DNA of 64,000 nucleotides from Moniliella sp. 'wahieum'. Lineage: Eukaryota. The stretch lies in contig RSEE01000012.1 of the NCBI GenBank assembly GCA_003971905.1, positions 496,001-560,000 on the forward strand, given 5' to 3'. Below the pieces are notes generated by a model that was not told the DNA's origin, did no database searches, and worked only from the letters and a program-made list of their open reading frames with translations. Position numbers and translations under genes: made by a program. Positions 12,103-24,299 of this stretch are shown here, in pieces (position 1 is the first letter of the stretch; each line of letters begins with the position of its first letter).

Positions 12103-15100
12103 TTACACCTCATTGTACTTTTGGGCGGTGGGTAAGTCGTGGGAGGTGCGGTAGGACATGCCGGAACCCATGACACGGCGCATGTCATGCCTTCGTGTGG
12201 GAGCCGGGGTGATCTGGAAGGAGCGGCGGGGCGTGGGGGACAGAGGATCGTCTTCTTCTCCCGCTGATTCCTGCAACGTGGCCGGCACATCCGGTTCAAT
12301 CAGCGCTGCTTCGGCCGGCCGGCCCATGTCCGAGAGCGAACGGCGTTGTGCCTCAGCAATCTCAGCCGCCTCGCGCGCCGCCAGCGCACGTTCGCGCTGA
12401 ACTTGCCTCTCGTCGCCCCTGCGACGACGGCGGCGGCGGGGAAGCGTGATGAACTTGGGCATTTGACGAGCATCCAAGTCCAGCGCGACATTGGTAGCTG
12501 CTTGCAGCGCTTCGATCCAGGCCACAACATGCGCTTGGTCGCAACACTGAATCAAAAACTGTTCCCCGCCCACGCGAACGCGCACCACATTCTTCCGCTT
12601 AATGTAGTCGGCCGCCAAGCCCGACTCGGCGCGTTGGAGAGAATACGCCTTGGACAAGTTGGCCCCATACGGGTCTTTCCCCGCGGCGTGCGGGTTGACG
12701 TACGTGTCATTCTTAATCGAGGCAAGGAGCGAGCCTTGGGGCTCGGCCATAGCTTTCCGTTGCGCTTCTGTTCCCGACATGTGCTCGGACGTGGTGTCCG
12801 ATCCTGGATTTTGGCCACCGCCGCCCAAATGGCCAATGGTAACATGCGAGTGACGCTGGAAACGCGCCGCGGGCCGACTGGGCGGCATGAGACGCTGTTG
12901 CGGCCACGCCCGAAGTGGCTGTCGAGTTGGATGCCGAGCTTTCATCTTCGTTGATCGGGTCGGGATGGACATGAATGCCCTCCATGGGCTCAAAGGCCTT
13001 GAGCGCGACCGCGCGAGGCACCAAAGCACTCATGTCCCCCTTGTACACCTTGAGGAAGGTGCCATGCAAGACAAAGTACCTGCGCCAGCTCCGGTCCCGC
13101 GACTGGACCCCAGGCGCGGAAAACTCCATCTTGCGCGCCAGATATCCTTCTAGGTGCACCCGCGCCGTGTACTGCGGCAGCGGCTCCTTGCCTTCCTCTT
13201 CGCGAGGCAGAATAAGCTGGTTATTGAACATCTCAGAGGAATACACTGGAGGGGCAGTGTCCATGGCCGACATGGACTTGCGCCGCAGTTTGGGCGAGCT
13301 TACTTGCATGGCCGGCGGCGCATCCACACGAGACGGAAGGTGCGCCGGCGTGGATTGCACGCCTTCATCCTCGGGAAAGTGGCGTGCATACTGCCCTCGG
13401 TAATGCTGTTGCCATGCGACGAGTCTTCCGTGGTTTCAGCCGAGTTGCCACTCGATACCGAGGCAGATTGGCTCGTTGGTTCCGGCACGGCCGAGCTGCC
13501 AATTCCTACTCCCGTCTCCGCCCCATCTTCAGCTCGTCCAGCTGCGTTTGTTTGCATTTTGAGTTCCACCATGGAGCGCGACACGCCCCGCCGCAGCGTC
13601 CCACGAGGCCGGACAGGTGCATCAGGATTTGAAGAAGGATTATTCGGAGGAGAGGCTGGGCTAGGCTCTGGTGGCGCACCTGCTGCACCTTCGGGTGGGG
13701 CTGGAGCTGGAGCTGGGTCCGGCGCTGGGGGAGGCACAGATGCCAATGCCGCCTTTGTAGGTGCAGGCGCAGGCACAGGTGCAGGCGCAGGCGCAGGCGC
13801 AGGGACAGGCGCTGCGACTGAACCCTCACGAGACGGCGTAGGGGTGAGGGACAGTGCTGTCGAGATGGCCGAACCACGGCGGGAGGGAGAGGCGGCGGTG
13901 ATGCCTGGGGCTAATTGGCGCGAAGGCACAGGCTGGATCGGGGCAAACCCGCCGCCCAGCGCGGCCAACGTCGAGGCCATTTGTTGTCGGCGTACTTCGG
14001 GTGGCACTTGCTGAGCTGCATCGTCGGGCGTCCGGAGGCGGCGCGATACGGTGATCATCGAGGGCGAAGGCGGAGGCATGCCGCCACTTGGAGCATTTCC
14101 GCTTTCGGCCAAGGCGCGTGCGGCTGCCGGTCCATGGTTGGTACTGGTCATGGGCACGAGGGAAAAATAATCCCCCTCGGAGCCCATCGCGCCGGGCGAG
14201 GCAGTGGCGGTGACCAGGCTGGCTCGACGCGAGCCTGGACGACTGGGCGCATGGGAGGTAAAACGGACCCAATTCGCACGCCGATTCGCATTTCTTTGCC
14301 AAATTTTTGCAGGCTCGTAGCGTTGGGGTTGGAGGGCAGAGTGCCGAGGTGGAGGGAGGGATTGGTCATCGACGGCTTGGGCATGGTCGGACTTGGATTG
14401 TCAAAGGCGGCCGGTAATGGCTCAGATGGCTCGGCAGAAGCGGGGCTGGCTAGATCCGGGGTAGACCCGTCCTCAGAGGAAGAGCCGGACGACTCACTGA
14501 GCTCTTGCGACTCAATCGAAGCGCGATGGTCATCTCCATCTAATCCGGACGGATGGCCGAGCGTGGGATCAAAGTTGATCTGTGGGAGTTGACGCATTGG
14601 ATCCCGCCGGCTCCGGGGAGGGGGGCGATGTGCGAGATCGTAAGAAGGCCGGGCGGCAGAGGGGGGCTCTGAGGAAGCAGAAAGCGGGGTGGTCAGCACA
14701 TGGGCATGGTGTGGACGAGTGGGGGGAAGGAGAGAAGGCGTACCAAACGACTCGACGGCATCAACAAACGTGTCACGCTCCTCGGCCCCCAGGCTGGTAC
14801 GGCGGGTGGAGGAGGCAGGGTGGGCGGGATGCGGGGAGTGTGACAGGGGAGAATGGGGCGCGCGGGCGCGGCGGAGGGCACTGGTGATGCGAGGAGCAAG
14901 GTGGATGTCGACGCTGTGGCGGATAGGGGAGTGGGAGGGGCTGCTGGAGGAAGCGGGAGGCGGTGTGGAGCAGGACTGCCGCTGGGGCTGGGGTTGGGGC
15001 TGAGGGAGGAACGGTCGTCGGTGTCGGCGTCGCGGCCAGAGCGGCGGGAGCCAAAGTGGGGGCGGAGGAAGCTGATGCGCTTCGCGGCGAGCGACGGCAT
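12103..15100 (-). CDS. PH-domain protein (YHR131C/YNL144C-like family) with long low-complexity N-terminus
   Basis: PREEEGKEPLPQY...EGYLARKMEF...RSWRRYFVLHGTFLKVYK and YSLQRAESGLAADYIKRKNVVRVR..EQFLIQ....VVAWIEALQAA. ATG at 15100 (MPSLAAKRISFLRP); several frameshifts. Confidence 0.8.
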
Positions 15101-15722
15101 GGTGGTGGGGGAGGTGGCAGGGGCGATGGGACGGCGAGAGAGATGGCGAGAGAGACGCGAGAGAGACGCGATGGGTGGAGAGAGGAGAGGCGATGAGAAG
15201 ACGGCGGGGAAGGCGAGAGCCAAGCGCTGGAGAGGGGCCGAGGGGCAGCAGAGGGGCAGCGAGAGCGGGGACCAGTGGGGTGTACGGGGAAAAGTCACAG
15301 CGTTGGTCCGATTGTGCTGCGCATCACCCGGCAGACCAGGCGGGCACCTGAGCCTGATGGCCCTGGCATGGCTGCCGATGGCAGTGGCACCCGCAGCAGG
15401 GGGCCAGCGCCCGCGCTGCAGGAGCCACACGCTGCCACACCCCGCCCACACCGGCGCTGTGCCGCACCCAACCCGACAGCCGTCTGCGTCATCCATGCTG
15501 CGCGTCATGCACCAGGCGCCAGGCCTCAGGGCGCAGCCTGAGCGCTGAGGCTCAGCGCATCGGCGCATCAGCACTGGCCCAGTGGCACAGGCAGCGACGG
15601 GGAGACATGGGGGCACACTGCGCAGCTGCCCGCCGGCAGGCAGGCCGGACGAGATAGCAGGGCGCCCGACGGCCAGTCAGGCCTCAGGCGGGTGGCTGAG
15701 TATTGAAAGCAGCCACCGAGAC

Positions 15723-16430
15723 TCAGTACTCAGGATCGGTATTGACGAGGACTGAGTCTCAGTACTGAGTGTGAGACTCCCAGTACTCACTACCAGTTCG
15801 AATGGGCAGCAGAAGGCGGCAATGCTGCGTGGGGGTGCCCTGTGTCCGTGTGTGGCCAGCAGCAGCCTTACAGCTGGCGCTCACATGCCCCACCAGGCCC
15901 CAGGCCACCCCCCCAGGTGTCCCATAGCATCCGAGCATCATGCATCATGCATGCATCATGCATCGTGCATCACCCTTACCGAGCTGTTGGGGCGCCCTGT
16001 GCCCTCCGACTAGCCACTGCCCTCTCCTCCCTTTGAGATCTGAGATCCTGAGATAGGACCAGCGACTATTTCATGTCTGGCCAACTTTATGCTAGCGCAG
16101 CCAACAACTCCGTTTCCTCGTTGGGTCAGCTGACCGGTCTTGGGCACCGTCGAGCGCTGAGCTCAGCCGCGGAGCTAAAATTGGCTGATTCAAGATAGTC
16201 GGCCGTCACGCGTCACGCATCACGAATCACGCATCGCATCTCACATCGTAGACATCCTGCTTCCTGAGCCTGACGTCGTTTGTGCCTCCTTGCTCTGGAG
16301 CCCTCGACAATGAGCTCATCGATCACTGGTCAGGCTGAGGCTCACTGGTCAGACATGTGCTTACGTGACCGCTCAGGCTGAGCGCTGAGTCTCAGCGCTG
16401 GCTTGAGTTTGAGTACCTCAGTACACTGAC
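15723..16430. repeat. Cluster of TNA/palindrome heptad arrays upstream of the PH-domain gene
   Basis: TCA GTAC TCA (15723), TCA TGCA TCA TGCA (~15938), TGA GATC TGA (16034), TCA CGCG TCA CGCA TCA CGAA TCA (16206-16229), TGA GCGC TGA (16379). Confidence 0.85.
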
Positions 16431-17099
16431 TCCCGCTTCCAACACCCCCGCTCGAGATCATGTGGCCATTTCTTCCCTCCCCGCCTGAAAGAATGGGGGT
16501 TAGGACGAAGCAACTACACTGGGAAAGCAACGGGTGAGCCGATGAATCGGTCACACCAACATGAGCCCAGAACCGCGGTTGTCCGTTGCATGTTCATGTT
16601 ATTACGCGTTAACTGTGAGAAGTAGCTACACTACCTCAACTTAGGCGGATTGCAGGGCGGAGAAACAGTCAGAGATAGATTCTTGTAAACTCCTGACACT
16701 AGTCTGGCCTTGCATGCAAGAGGTAAAAGAGGAACGAGAGGAACGAGGTGCGGCGGGAACCAATCCGGAGCGCGCCTGTCGCGAAACTCTGTAGCCAGTT
16801 CCGGTTGCCAGTGACATGGACATGGCCAACCAAGCCATCACACGCCAAGTGGTGTCATATGTTGGCACCTTGGGGCATCGCATCGCCCCAACAGCACCAC
16901 ACTCCAACACCACCAAGCTATTTTGCATCAGCAATTCCACATGTTGCGTTTGACTGCTGGGCCCCTGGCGTCTGGCATGAGCCTCATCGGGGCCTCAGGC
17001 TAAGCGCTAAGCTAAGCGCTGAGGGCGTCTGAGGCCTGAGGTGCTGAGGCCCTGAAGACTGAGCCTCAGTAACCGGCCCTACTACCCCTCAGCAATCGC

Positions 17100-17671
17100 G
17101 CGTGGTCGTAATGTCGTGAATATTGAATGCGAGAGCATGCGAGCGAAGAGCCAAGTTTATCGGGTTGCACGAGGCAGTAGGGAGCCCATTCTCCAGCTCG
17201 TGCGCTCCATCCCGACACCCACGTCCGCAACGAACCCGCTGTGGAGGAAGAGGATGGGTCGAGGCGCGGGCGGAAGGCGCTGCGCACCGACTACCGCGTG
17301 ATGGGGCCTGGAGCAATCGGAGGATCAGGGATGGAGGCGGACCACACGCTGCTCGACACGGAAACGTAGGAGCGCAGAGCGCGTACGGGAGAGTGGTGCA
17401 TGAGAGCACCGCAACACACCTTTGGAACGCCGGGAGAACTGAGCTGCTTCGGCTGCTGGAACAAGCAGAATGCGACAAGAACGCCAAGTACCAGGGACGC
17501 ACGCAGAGCTGTTTTCCCCCTGGTTTTGACGACGCGAGGATACTACGGCACCAGACGGCGGGCAAGGTGTCTGCGCATTGGAAGGATTTGGCTACTAAGT
17601 CTCAATGGAAATGGTTCCTCGCTCGGATGTCAACCACGTTCATCCGTGTCCACACGCTACCTTGGGTATGA
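17100..17671 (+). mobile_element. Degenerate C-terminal restriction-like endonuclease region of a CRE/Cnl1-like non-LTR retrotransposon
   Basis: Across frames: LHEAV..PILQLVRSIP-DTHVRNEPAV; later LLEQAECDKNAKY, VFPLVLTTRG, WKWFLARMSTTFIR. These resemble the RHE...EP, K..KY, F.PLV.S.GG and RLS..L.R motifs of CRE-clade elements. Confidence 0.55.
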
Positions 17672-17713
17672 TGGGACCGGATGGCGAGCACCAGAAGGTC
17701 CTGATATCCATCA

Positions 17714-18120
17714 GGCGATCCCCTGGTTCCTTTTAACTCATTGGTGGCGCTACCAAGTAACTCCGGCAAGATGAACGGTTCAGTTTAGACGCAGCGTTTC
17801 CCTGTCCCAGCCTTAAGCTCTGTCAATGATATGGATGCAGTATAGTGGTAGCGAGAATACGATCTCGACGTGTTGTATTTTATTGACCGTGGTGACGAAG
17901 TGTGCCGGCTCCCTAGCTCCTCTGGGCTCCCAGGTGGAACCTTAATCGTACAGGCCCCTGCAACCTGAGGACCGAGAACCGGCCTCGCGCCGGTTTCCCT
18001 CTCGCTTGTTCTTCGCCGGGAAAACAGGAGGAACCCAAGGAATTGGATGGAGAAAACCCGTGGGGGAGAAGTACTAAGAGTAATAGAGACCGATGAGATC
18101 GAGATAGTCGTGATTTTGTA
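17714..18120 (-). mobile_element. Probable LTR 3' part plus internal leader of an LTR retrotransposon (remnant)
   Basis: Minus strand reads AATAAA...ATCCATATCATTGACA (LTR-like CA end at 17821) then GAGCTTAAGGCTGGGACAGG. Segment 17714-17836 matches 29161-29283. The upstream boundary is uncertain. Confidence 0.5.
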
Positions 18121-19179
18121 AGTATCAGCTCTCAGATATCAGATCGATCAGACCGCATGCCTTGCTTGGTGGAAGTCATAGGCGCTACTCGCGTATATAC
18201 ACCCGCGTGTAGGCTTTGGAAGTCAAAAAGGAGAGTAGCACCTTGACATATTTCAGCGGGACCGTAATAGGTCCCAACAACATGTCCTCCATTTCCTTTC
18301 TGGGTCTAAGCAGGCGTAGTATTAGTCAGGAGAGGCTATAGTCTCACCTCTCGGTTTTGAATCGCCATGGCACATTCAGTGTTGAGCTAGGTGGCTCGTG
18401 CTTTGGCCAATGTCCCTTCAGTTCCTCCTCAGGCCTATAGAAGTTCCGCTGTTTCCCCTCTCCTGTTTTCCTCCTTGTACCGCAGCTTAGCCCTGATGGC
18501 GACTCGCTGCTTGAGATGTTCCTCTGTAGGCATTGCTGGTTGCCGCACCACCACCACCAGTGCGATTGCATCGCCTCGAGGCCATCAGGATCAGGTCTCA
18601 TCAATCATCTCTGTCGAGTCCCCAGTAGGGAGAGACGTTGAGAGACAAGGTTGAAAGCGATACTGACTAGGATGAGCGTAAAAGGAGTAGCATGCGACGA
18701 TGAGGTCTGCGAACGTGTGGAAATGTTGAATTGTAAAGCGTCCCCCGCCGACACCCCTTGTTCTTGTTCTCACGGTGTACGACGGTATACTTCTCTTCCG
18801 TACACATGGGCGATGAACGCGTTAATTTACAGTCGTATCCTCATTGGACCAATGATCAGTACCTGAGTAACACTAACCCCAGGAGGGCTTGGCCATGTGT
18901 GGGACGGGCAGGTGCGAACAACTGAGGCTGAGTACTCGATGCTCGCCCTGGTCGCCAGGCGACGTGCCACGTGCCAGCTGACATGCGCCTGGCTGAGGCA
19001 CGGCAGGGCACAGCGGAGGCTGGTGTGGCCTTGGCAATGGCCCAGCTGAAATGAAAGGTTGCAGCTTGAGCGGCAAGCGGCTGCCGTAAGCGCGCATTCT
19101 GCCTGGTCTGGAAGGCGGCGGAGGGGCGGCGGCCCCCGCATGTGTTCATTATTGGCTGCTGCGGACGCCCGCCCGCGCC

Positions 19180-21984
19180 ATGCGTCGTCGCCGTCGTCGC
19201 CGGCGCGCCCCCGCGCGCGCGCGCCCCCGTCGCGCCGTCCGCAGCCGCAGCCGCCGCCCCAGCGCCGCGCCCCACGACGGCCGCCTCTCGGCCGCCGCCA
19301 CATGATCCTCCACAACCCGAGCTCGAGGCCGAGTGGCTCGACTCGTACGCCCGCCCCCACAACCGCCAGGCCATCAGCACCCGCGCCCTCCCCTGCCGCT
19401 CCAGCCCAGCACCCGCCCACCCCCCGTACCCCACTCCCTCCGCCACCTCTGCCTCCGCGTCGCCGCCACCCACTTTGCCTCCCACGTCCTCCCCCTCGGC
19501 CTCCACGCCCCGCCCCCGGCGAGGAGTCGCTGGCCATCAAGCACGCGCTGGGCCAGAGCGGCGCTGGCATGGTCCTGACCGCGTTCGCGGCACCCAGCCC
19601 GCCGCCCCCGCCAAGCGCAAGCGCACCTCCGCCCTCGAGTATGACGAGGAGGCCGATTCCGACTTCCATGACGACGCACCACGCCGCCCTCCCGCCAGTG
19701 CCCGCCCCGGCCGACGCTCCCGCCGTGTTGCTGCCGCCGCTCACCTTCCCTCACCCCCCGCGCAGCAGGCATCTCCGCGGCCTGCTGCCCGAGCAGAAGG
19801 ATGACTTGGCCTTGTCCCCGGCTGAGCGCGCTCAGCGCCGCTGGCGACACCCGGCCACGCATCATTTTTGGCACTTTCGCAACTCTTACATTCTCCGCAC
19901 GGAAACTGGATGCCATCTGCACAGGGATCTACTCCAGCAATTGCTCCAATACGCCCCCGAAGCGCTCACCCCCCATGTCTGGCCACCTACTTTGTTCTGG
20001 GCTTGGACCAAGTTACCCTGACCAGCTCCATGGATGCCGTCAGCAAGAACTTGACCAGTCTCCCGGCAATGCTGTTAAGCCTCATCCTTGCCAAGGGATC
20101 GGCCCTTCTCAATCCTGCTTTGGCTGCAGCGCGCTGTGGGCGCTGTAGAGGAGGCGCAAGAGCTCCTTCACTCCATCGTCCCTAGCTCCCGCAATGGGGA
20201 CCCTTCCCAACCCCTGCGCTCCCGGGCGACGACTTGCCCGACAAGTGGGAGTTGGGTCCGCCCCAAGCCCCCGGGGGCAGACAAGTGCTTACCTCGCTCC
20301 ATCTCCGGGCCTGACCCGCCTGTCGACGCGGACAATCAAAGGCTTTTTCGCTGCCTACCCAGCCGGCTCGCACTTGACCTCGGTGCAGTTGCCTGGATGT
20401 GTAGGGGTGGGGGTGGCGGCCATCGAGGCGCTGGTCACCTGCTGTGGGGCGTCGCTGCGCACCGTGTCGGTGGAGAGCACGGATGTGGGTGCAGCCGGGT
20501 TCGAAGCGCTGCTGGCGGGGTGCCCAGCGCTCGAGGTGCTCAAGGCGAGTCGAGTCGAAGGCTTGGGCGATAGCGCGATGGCAGGCATCCTGGACAGGGT
20601 CGAGCAAGCGGCGCACCAGGCACCCATTCCTTTTCGCCCGCTGGCCCACCTCAGCACACTCAAGCTGGCCGGTACCGAAGTGGGCGATGCCGGTGCGGCT
20701 CGATTGATTCGCCTGTGCGCGGGCACCTTGACCAATCTGAATCTGTCCAACACCCATGTCGTACCCAAGGGCGACTTTGCGCCTCTGGCCACGGCCTTGG
20801 GCTTGCCTGGCTACCCCAGGAGACGGACTCGCCTGTGCGGGCCAAGTTGCGCAAATTGGTCCTGTCCCAGTGCACCTTGAACTCGAGTCGTGGCGCGCGT
20901 TTATTCATGCGTTGTGCCAACCCCCGGAAGCGCAAGACGACGACGGAGCCAGCCACCGACGGCATGCTCCTGGCCCCTCGATCGACGGGGGGCCTTCGTT
21001 TGCCAACCCACGGCCCGAGGCTCTGGGTGCGACCGACGGCATGTTGGACACGATCGTGCTCGAGTCGATGATGGCGGTGGAGAAGCGGGTGGCCAAACCG
21101 GGAGGAATGTCGCAAGCGGCCTTGATGGCCCTGACGGATGCACTGCAGCCCATTCTGTCCCTCCGAGCGCAACGGTTTGCCAACCAGAAGGGCACGCCGC
21201 TGATGGAACGCATCGATCTTTCGTTCAACGATGCGCTGGAATCCGAGACCCATGGCGGCTGGGGCGCCGTCCTGCCCTCGGACCCGAATTGGCGCCCCGA
21301 ACAGCACCAGCCCGGCTCGCACCATCGTGGTGGTCCGGCGCGCGGGTACGCCTATGTCCCAGAGGGGGAGATCGTACTGATGCGGACTACGCTGGGCCAC
21401 TTTGTAGCCCATGCCGGACGGTACACGCGCCGGCTGGTCCTCAACGGCATTGCGCTCGGACGCTCGGACCTGCTATTTGATGCGCCCGAGGGGGAGTGGG
21501 GGCCCAGCAGCACCCAAGTGCTTTCGCTTGCCCAGAGCAATGTGCCGGACGATGCCTTGGCGGGCATTGCCGGGCCACGCGGCTGCCGCTCTCTCACCCA
21601 CCTCAACCTCGAGACGTCGGGCATTGAAGAGGAAACCGCGATCCGGATCGTTGTCGCCAACCCGTTCCTGCAAGCACTCAACTTGACCCAGTGCAGGGCC
21701 ATTCCTCGCAACGAGCGAAGAACGTTTTTGTGAGTACGTGCCTGCGTCCCTTCGTCGCACACCTATCCTTCTAGTTGACTGACCCGCGATTGACCTCACT
21801 CCTCAGTCGTGCGGGGAACCAGGGAACAACTAACGGGCAACGACAACGCCAACAGTCTCGCCGCGCACGGTCGCTCTTGGATGCATATCTAGTCTGTCAA
21901 GAAATGGCTTGTATAGAGAGAGAGGAGGTGGAGGTGGATACATTATTGGCATATGCGTGGAGAAACGGCGAATTGCTCCTATAG
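19180..21984 (+). CDS. RNI-like (cysteine-containing) leucine-rich-repeat protein; boundaries approximate
   Basis: LTSVQLPGCVGVG, LRTVSVEST, CPALEVLKASRV, LSTLKLAGTEVGDAG, LTNLNLSNT, LTHLNLETSGI, LQALNLTQC. GTGAGT donor ~21730. Confidence 0.75.
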
Positions 21985-22289
21985 CTGCTAGTGACCACAT
22001 TTTTTTCCCTCTGAAAGCCTGCCATATTTACACCATTTTCCCATTCCTTTCTTCCGCAGCATTCCCATGCTTGACAGTGCGAGCTCTGCGGGACTGTAGG
22101 GATACTACAACGAATGCACATGGGCGCATACATGATTGGGATCTATCAGGGGTGGTGATGTACGGGGCAAGGGAAAGAGCTGGAAGCATTGCAGTGAAGA
22201 ACGAGTGGCACAAAGCGAGCTTTGGCAAGCAACAGCGACAGATGTAACCAGGGGATCAACCGAAGAGAGGAAGAGAGGGAGGTTTGCCA

Positions 22290-23652
22290 TTAGTCGTACA
22301 AATACGTGTGTTCCTCAAACAGGGTGCCCTCCACCGTGTTGGTACCCGCTTTGAGCTCGCCCATAGGCTCGGGCAATTCGAGGGTGAGCTTGGCCGGGTT
22401 GATCGTCTGGTACACGTAGGGCTTGAGCCCGGCCGCGTACGAGATGATTTTCTTCACCAGGTACGGAATCTCAGCCAGGACGTCGACCTTGTCCACCAGC
22501 CAGGCGCATCGTTGGAGGGGTAGGGAGGGCTAAGGCTCACCACCACATCCGCCTTAACTGCCTTGTCGGTCTGGGCCTTGGGATCGGCGGTATCGGTGAG
22601 CACAGGACCGTCCCAGTGGTACGCGATCTCAGTTGGCACATGGTATCCCGTGTCGGGGTCCAAGGTGGGCTTGTTATGCTGAACAAAGGCCTTGAGATGT
22701 GCGTCGGCACTCGCGTCCATCAGTGGCACCCCGGGCCGGCCACGCGTAGCAGCAACAACGGCGGTCAAGCGCCCGCCTACAGAGACGCTGCCAATCGTAA
22801 CCGCTAGTGGGTGGCGCTTGGTTGCCACGGGTTCGCCGGGTCCTTCTCGGCGCTTGCCTCATCTGGATCGCCGTACGATGCGATGGTAGTGAATTCCATC
22901 ATGATCGCGGTCGCCTGGGGAGACTGAAAGTTGGCAAAGTTCCACTTGGATGCCACCAGGTTAGGCCGCATGCCCTGAATGGCATGGATAAACATGCCCT
23001 GGCCCACGCCGTCCACAACGGCCATTAGCCAGGACACCCTCTGTTTTGGCCACGGGCCAGAAGGCGTGGAAGACGTAGCCGTCCGGCTCGGCGTTGGGTG
23101 TAGGGGGCGGCTGCGCACCAAAGATGCTCTTGCCGCCCTGGGGCCCGAGCCGATCTGTAGCCCTTTGCTTGCGGGGCGAACAAAGGACCAGCTCAGCTGC
23201 ACTTCGGCATCGTATGTAATGTCGAGAACGAACTTCTCATCGCCGTTGGGCAGGGTGACAAAGTCAATGTGCAGCTGGTCCGACTTGCACGTCCGCTTGT
23301 CGCTTGACTTGGGCGCAGGCGAGACAAACTTGCTCACGCTCACGCTCTTCCAGATCTTGGCGTGGGTCTTGGGGTTGTACAGCTTAAAGGTGACCTGGAT
23401 CTGGGGGAAGGGGATGCCGATGGCGCTGTGGATGATCTGGGCGGACACGAGGGAGCCGTCGGTGAGGATGCTGTACCAGGTGTAGGTCTCGGTGGTGAAG
23501 CCGCTGGCCTGGACCCAGCTCAGGTCGGCGGGCGTGAGGGCGCCAAAGAGCTGGTCCTGGGGGGTGTCGCTGATCGGCTTGAAGTTGGGGTTGTGCGTCG
23601 CGGCCTCGACGGCGGCGGGATCGGGGGTGGAGCCCCAGAGCCAGGAAGACAT
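22290..23652 (-). CDS. SVF1: Survival factor 1 (Svf1) family protein
   Basis: GFTTETYTWY, QIIHSAIG, FIHAIQGMRPNLVASKWNFANFQS, AIMMEFTT, DPDTGYHVPT.I.Y.W.G, DKVDVLAEIPYLVKK...KPYVYQ, GTLFEEHTYL. Confidence 0.92.
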
Positions 23653-24299
23653 GGTGGAGGCAGAGCACGAGAACAGATGAAGGGCGGAGGGTGCGGACCG
23701 AGCTCGAAAGCGAACCGGGTAGAGTCTGCTGACATAAGCCTGTTACCCCACCCGCCTGCAGCAGGCAGCAGGCAGCAGCCCCAGGCAGCGCCCCATGCTG
23801 CATGCGCGCGCCCCCCGCAGGCACCAGGCGGCAGGCCTGTCCAAATGGCCGAGGCCGCACCAGGGCAGTGCGCCGCCCCCAGGCGTTTCGGTGATTGATG
23901 ATGCATGATACCGGCGATCGGCACAACCACCCACTGCCGCCTGGCGTTCGTCCCGGGTACCAGCGAAGGGCCAGTGTGGCCAGCATAGCTCATCCATGCA
24001 GCCTGCCTCCCGCTCCTCTCGCCAGTGCGCGTTCCGTTTGCATGGTACAGCGTGTGGTCTAACGTTGGGCGTCTACGATCGATGATCTGGCCTGCGTCAC
24101 GCGTCACGCATCGCACATCACGCATCACGCATCATGCGCCGGTCGCTGGTTGGACAGTGCGTCACATGACACCACCCCACTCGCCAATGCATAATGAACA
24201 GCTCGCGGTCCTGTACCATCGATCGAGCCATGGCGGGTATCGTACGTCGAGTGGTAGCGCCAATACTCCAGCCCATGTGCGTCGTCCACCAAATCATAC

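Noticed and set aside
13154..15616. Long antisense/overlapping ORFs over GC-rich genes (also 18827-19744 and 52968-53816)
   Set aside because: Expected shadow ORFs in high-GC coding DNA; no motifs.
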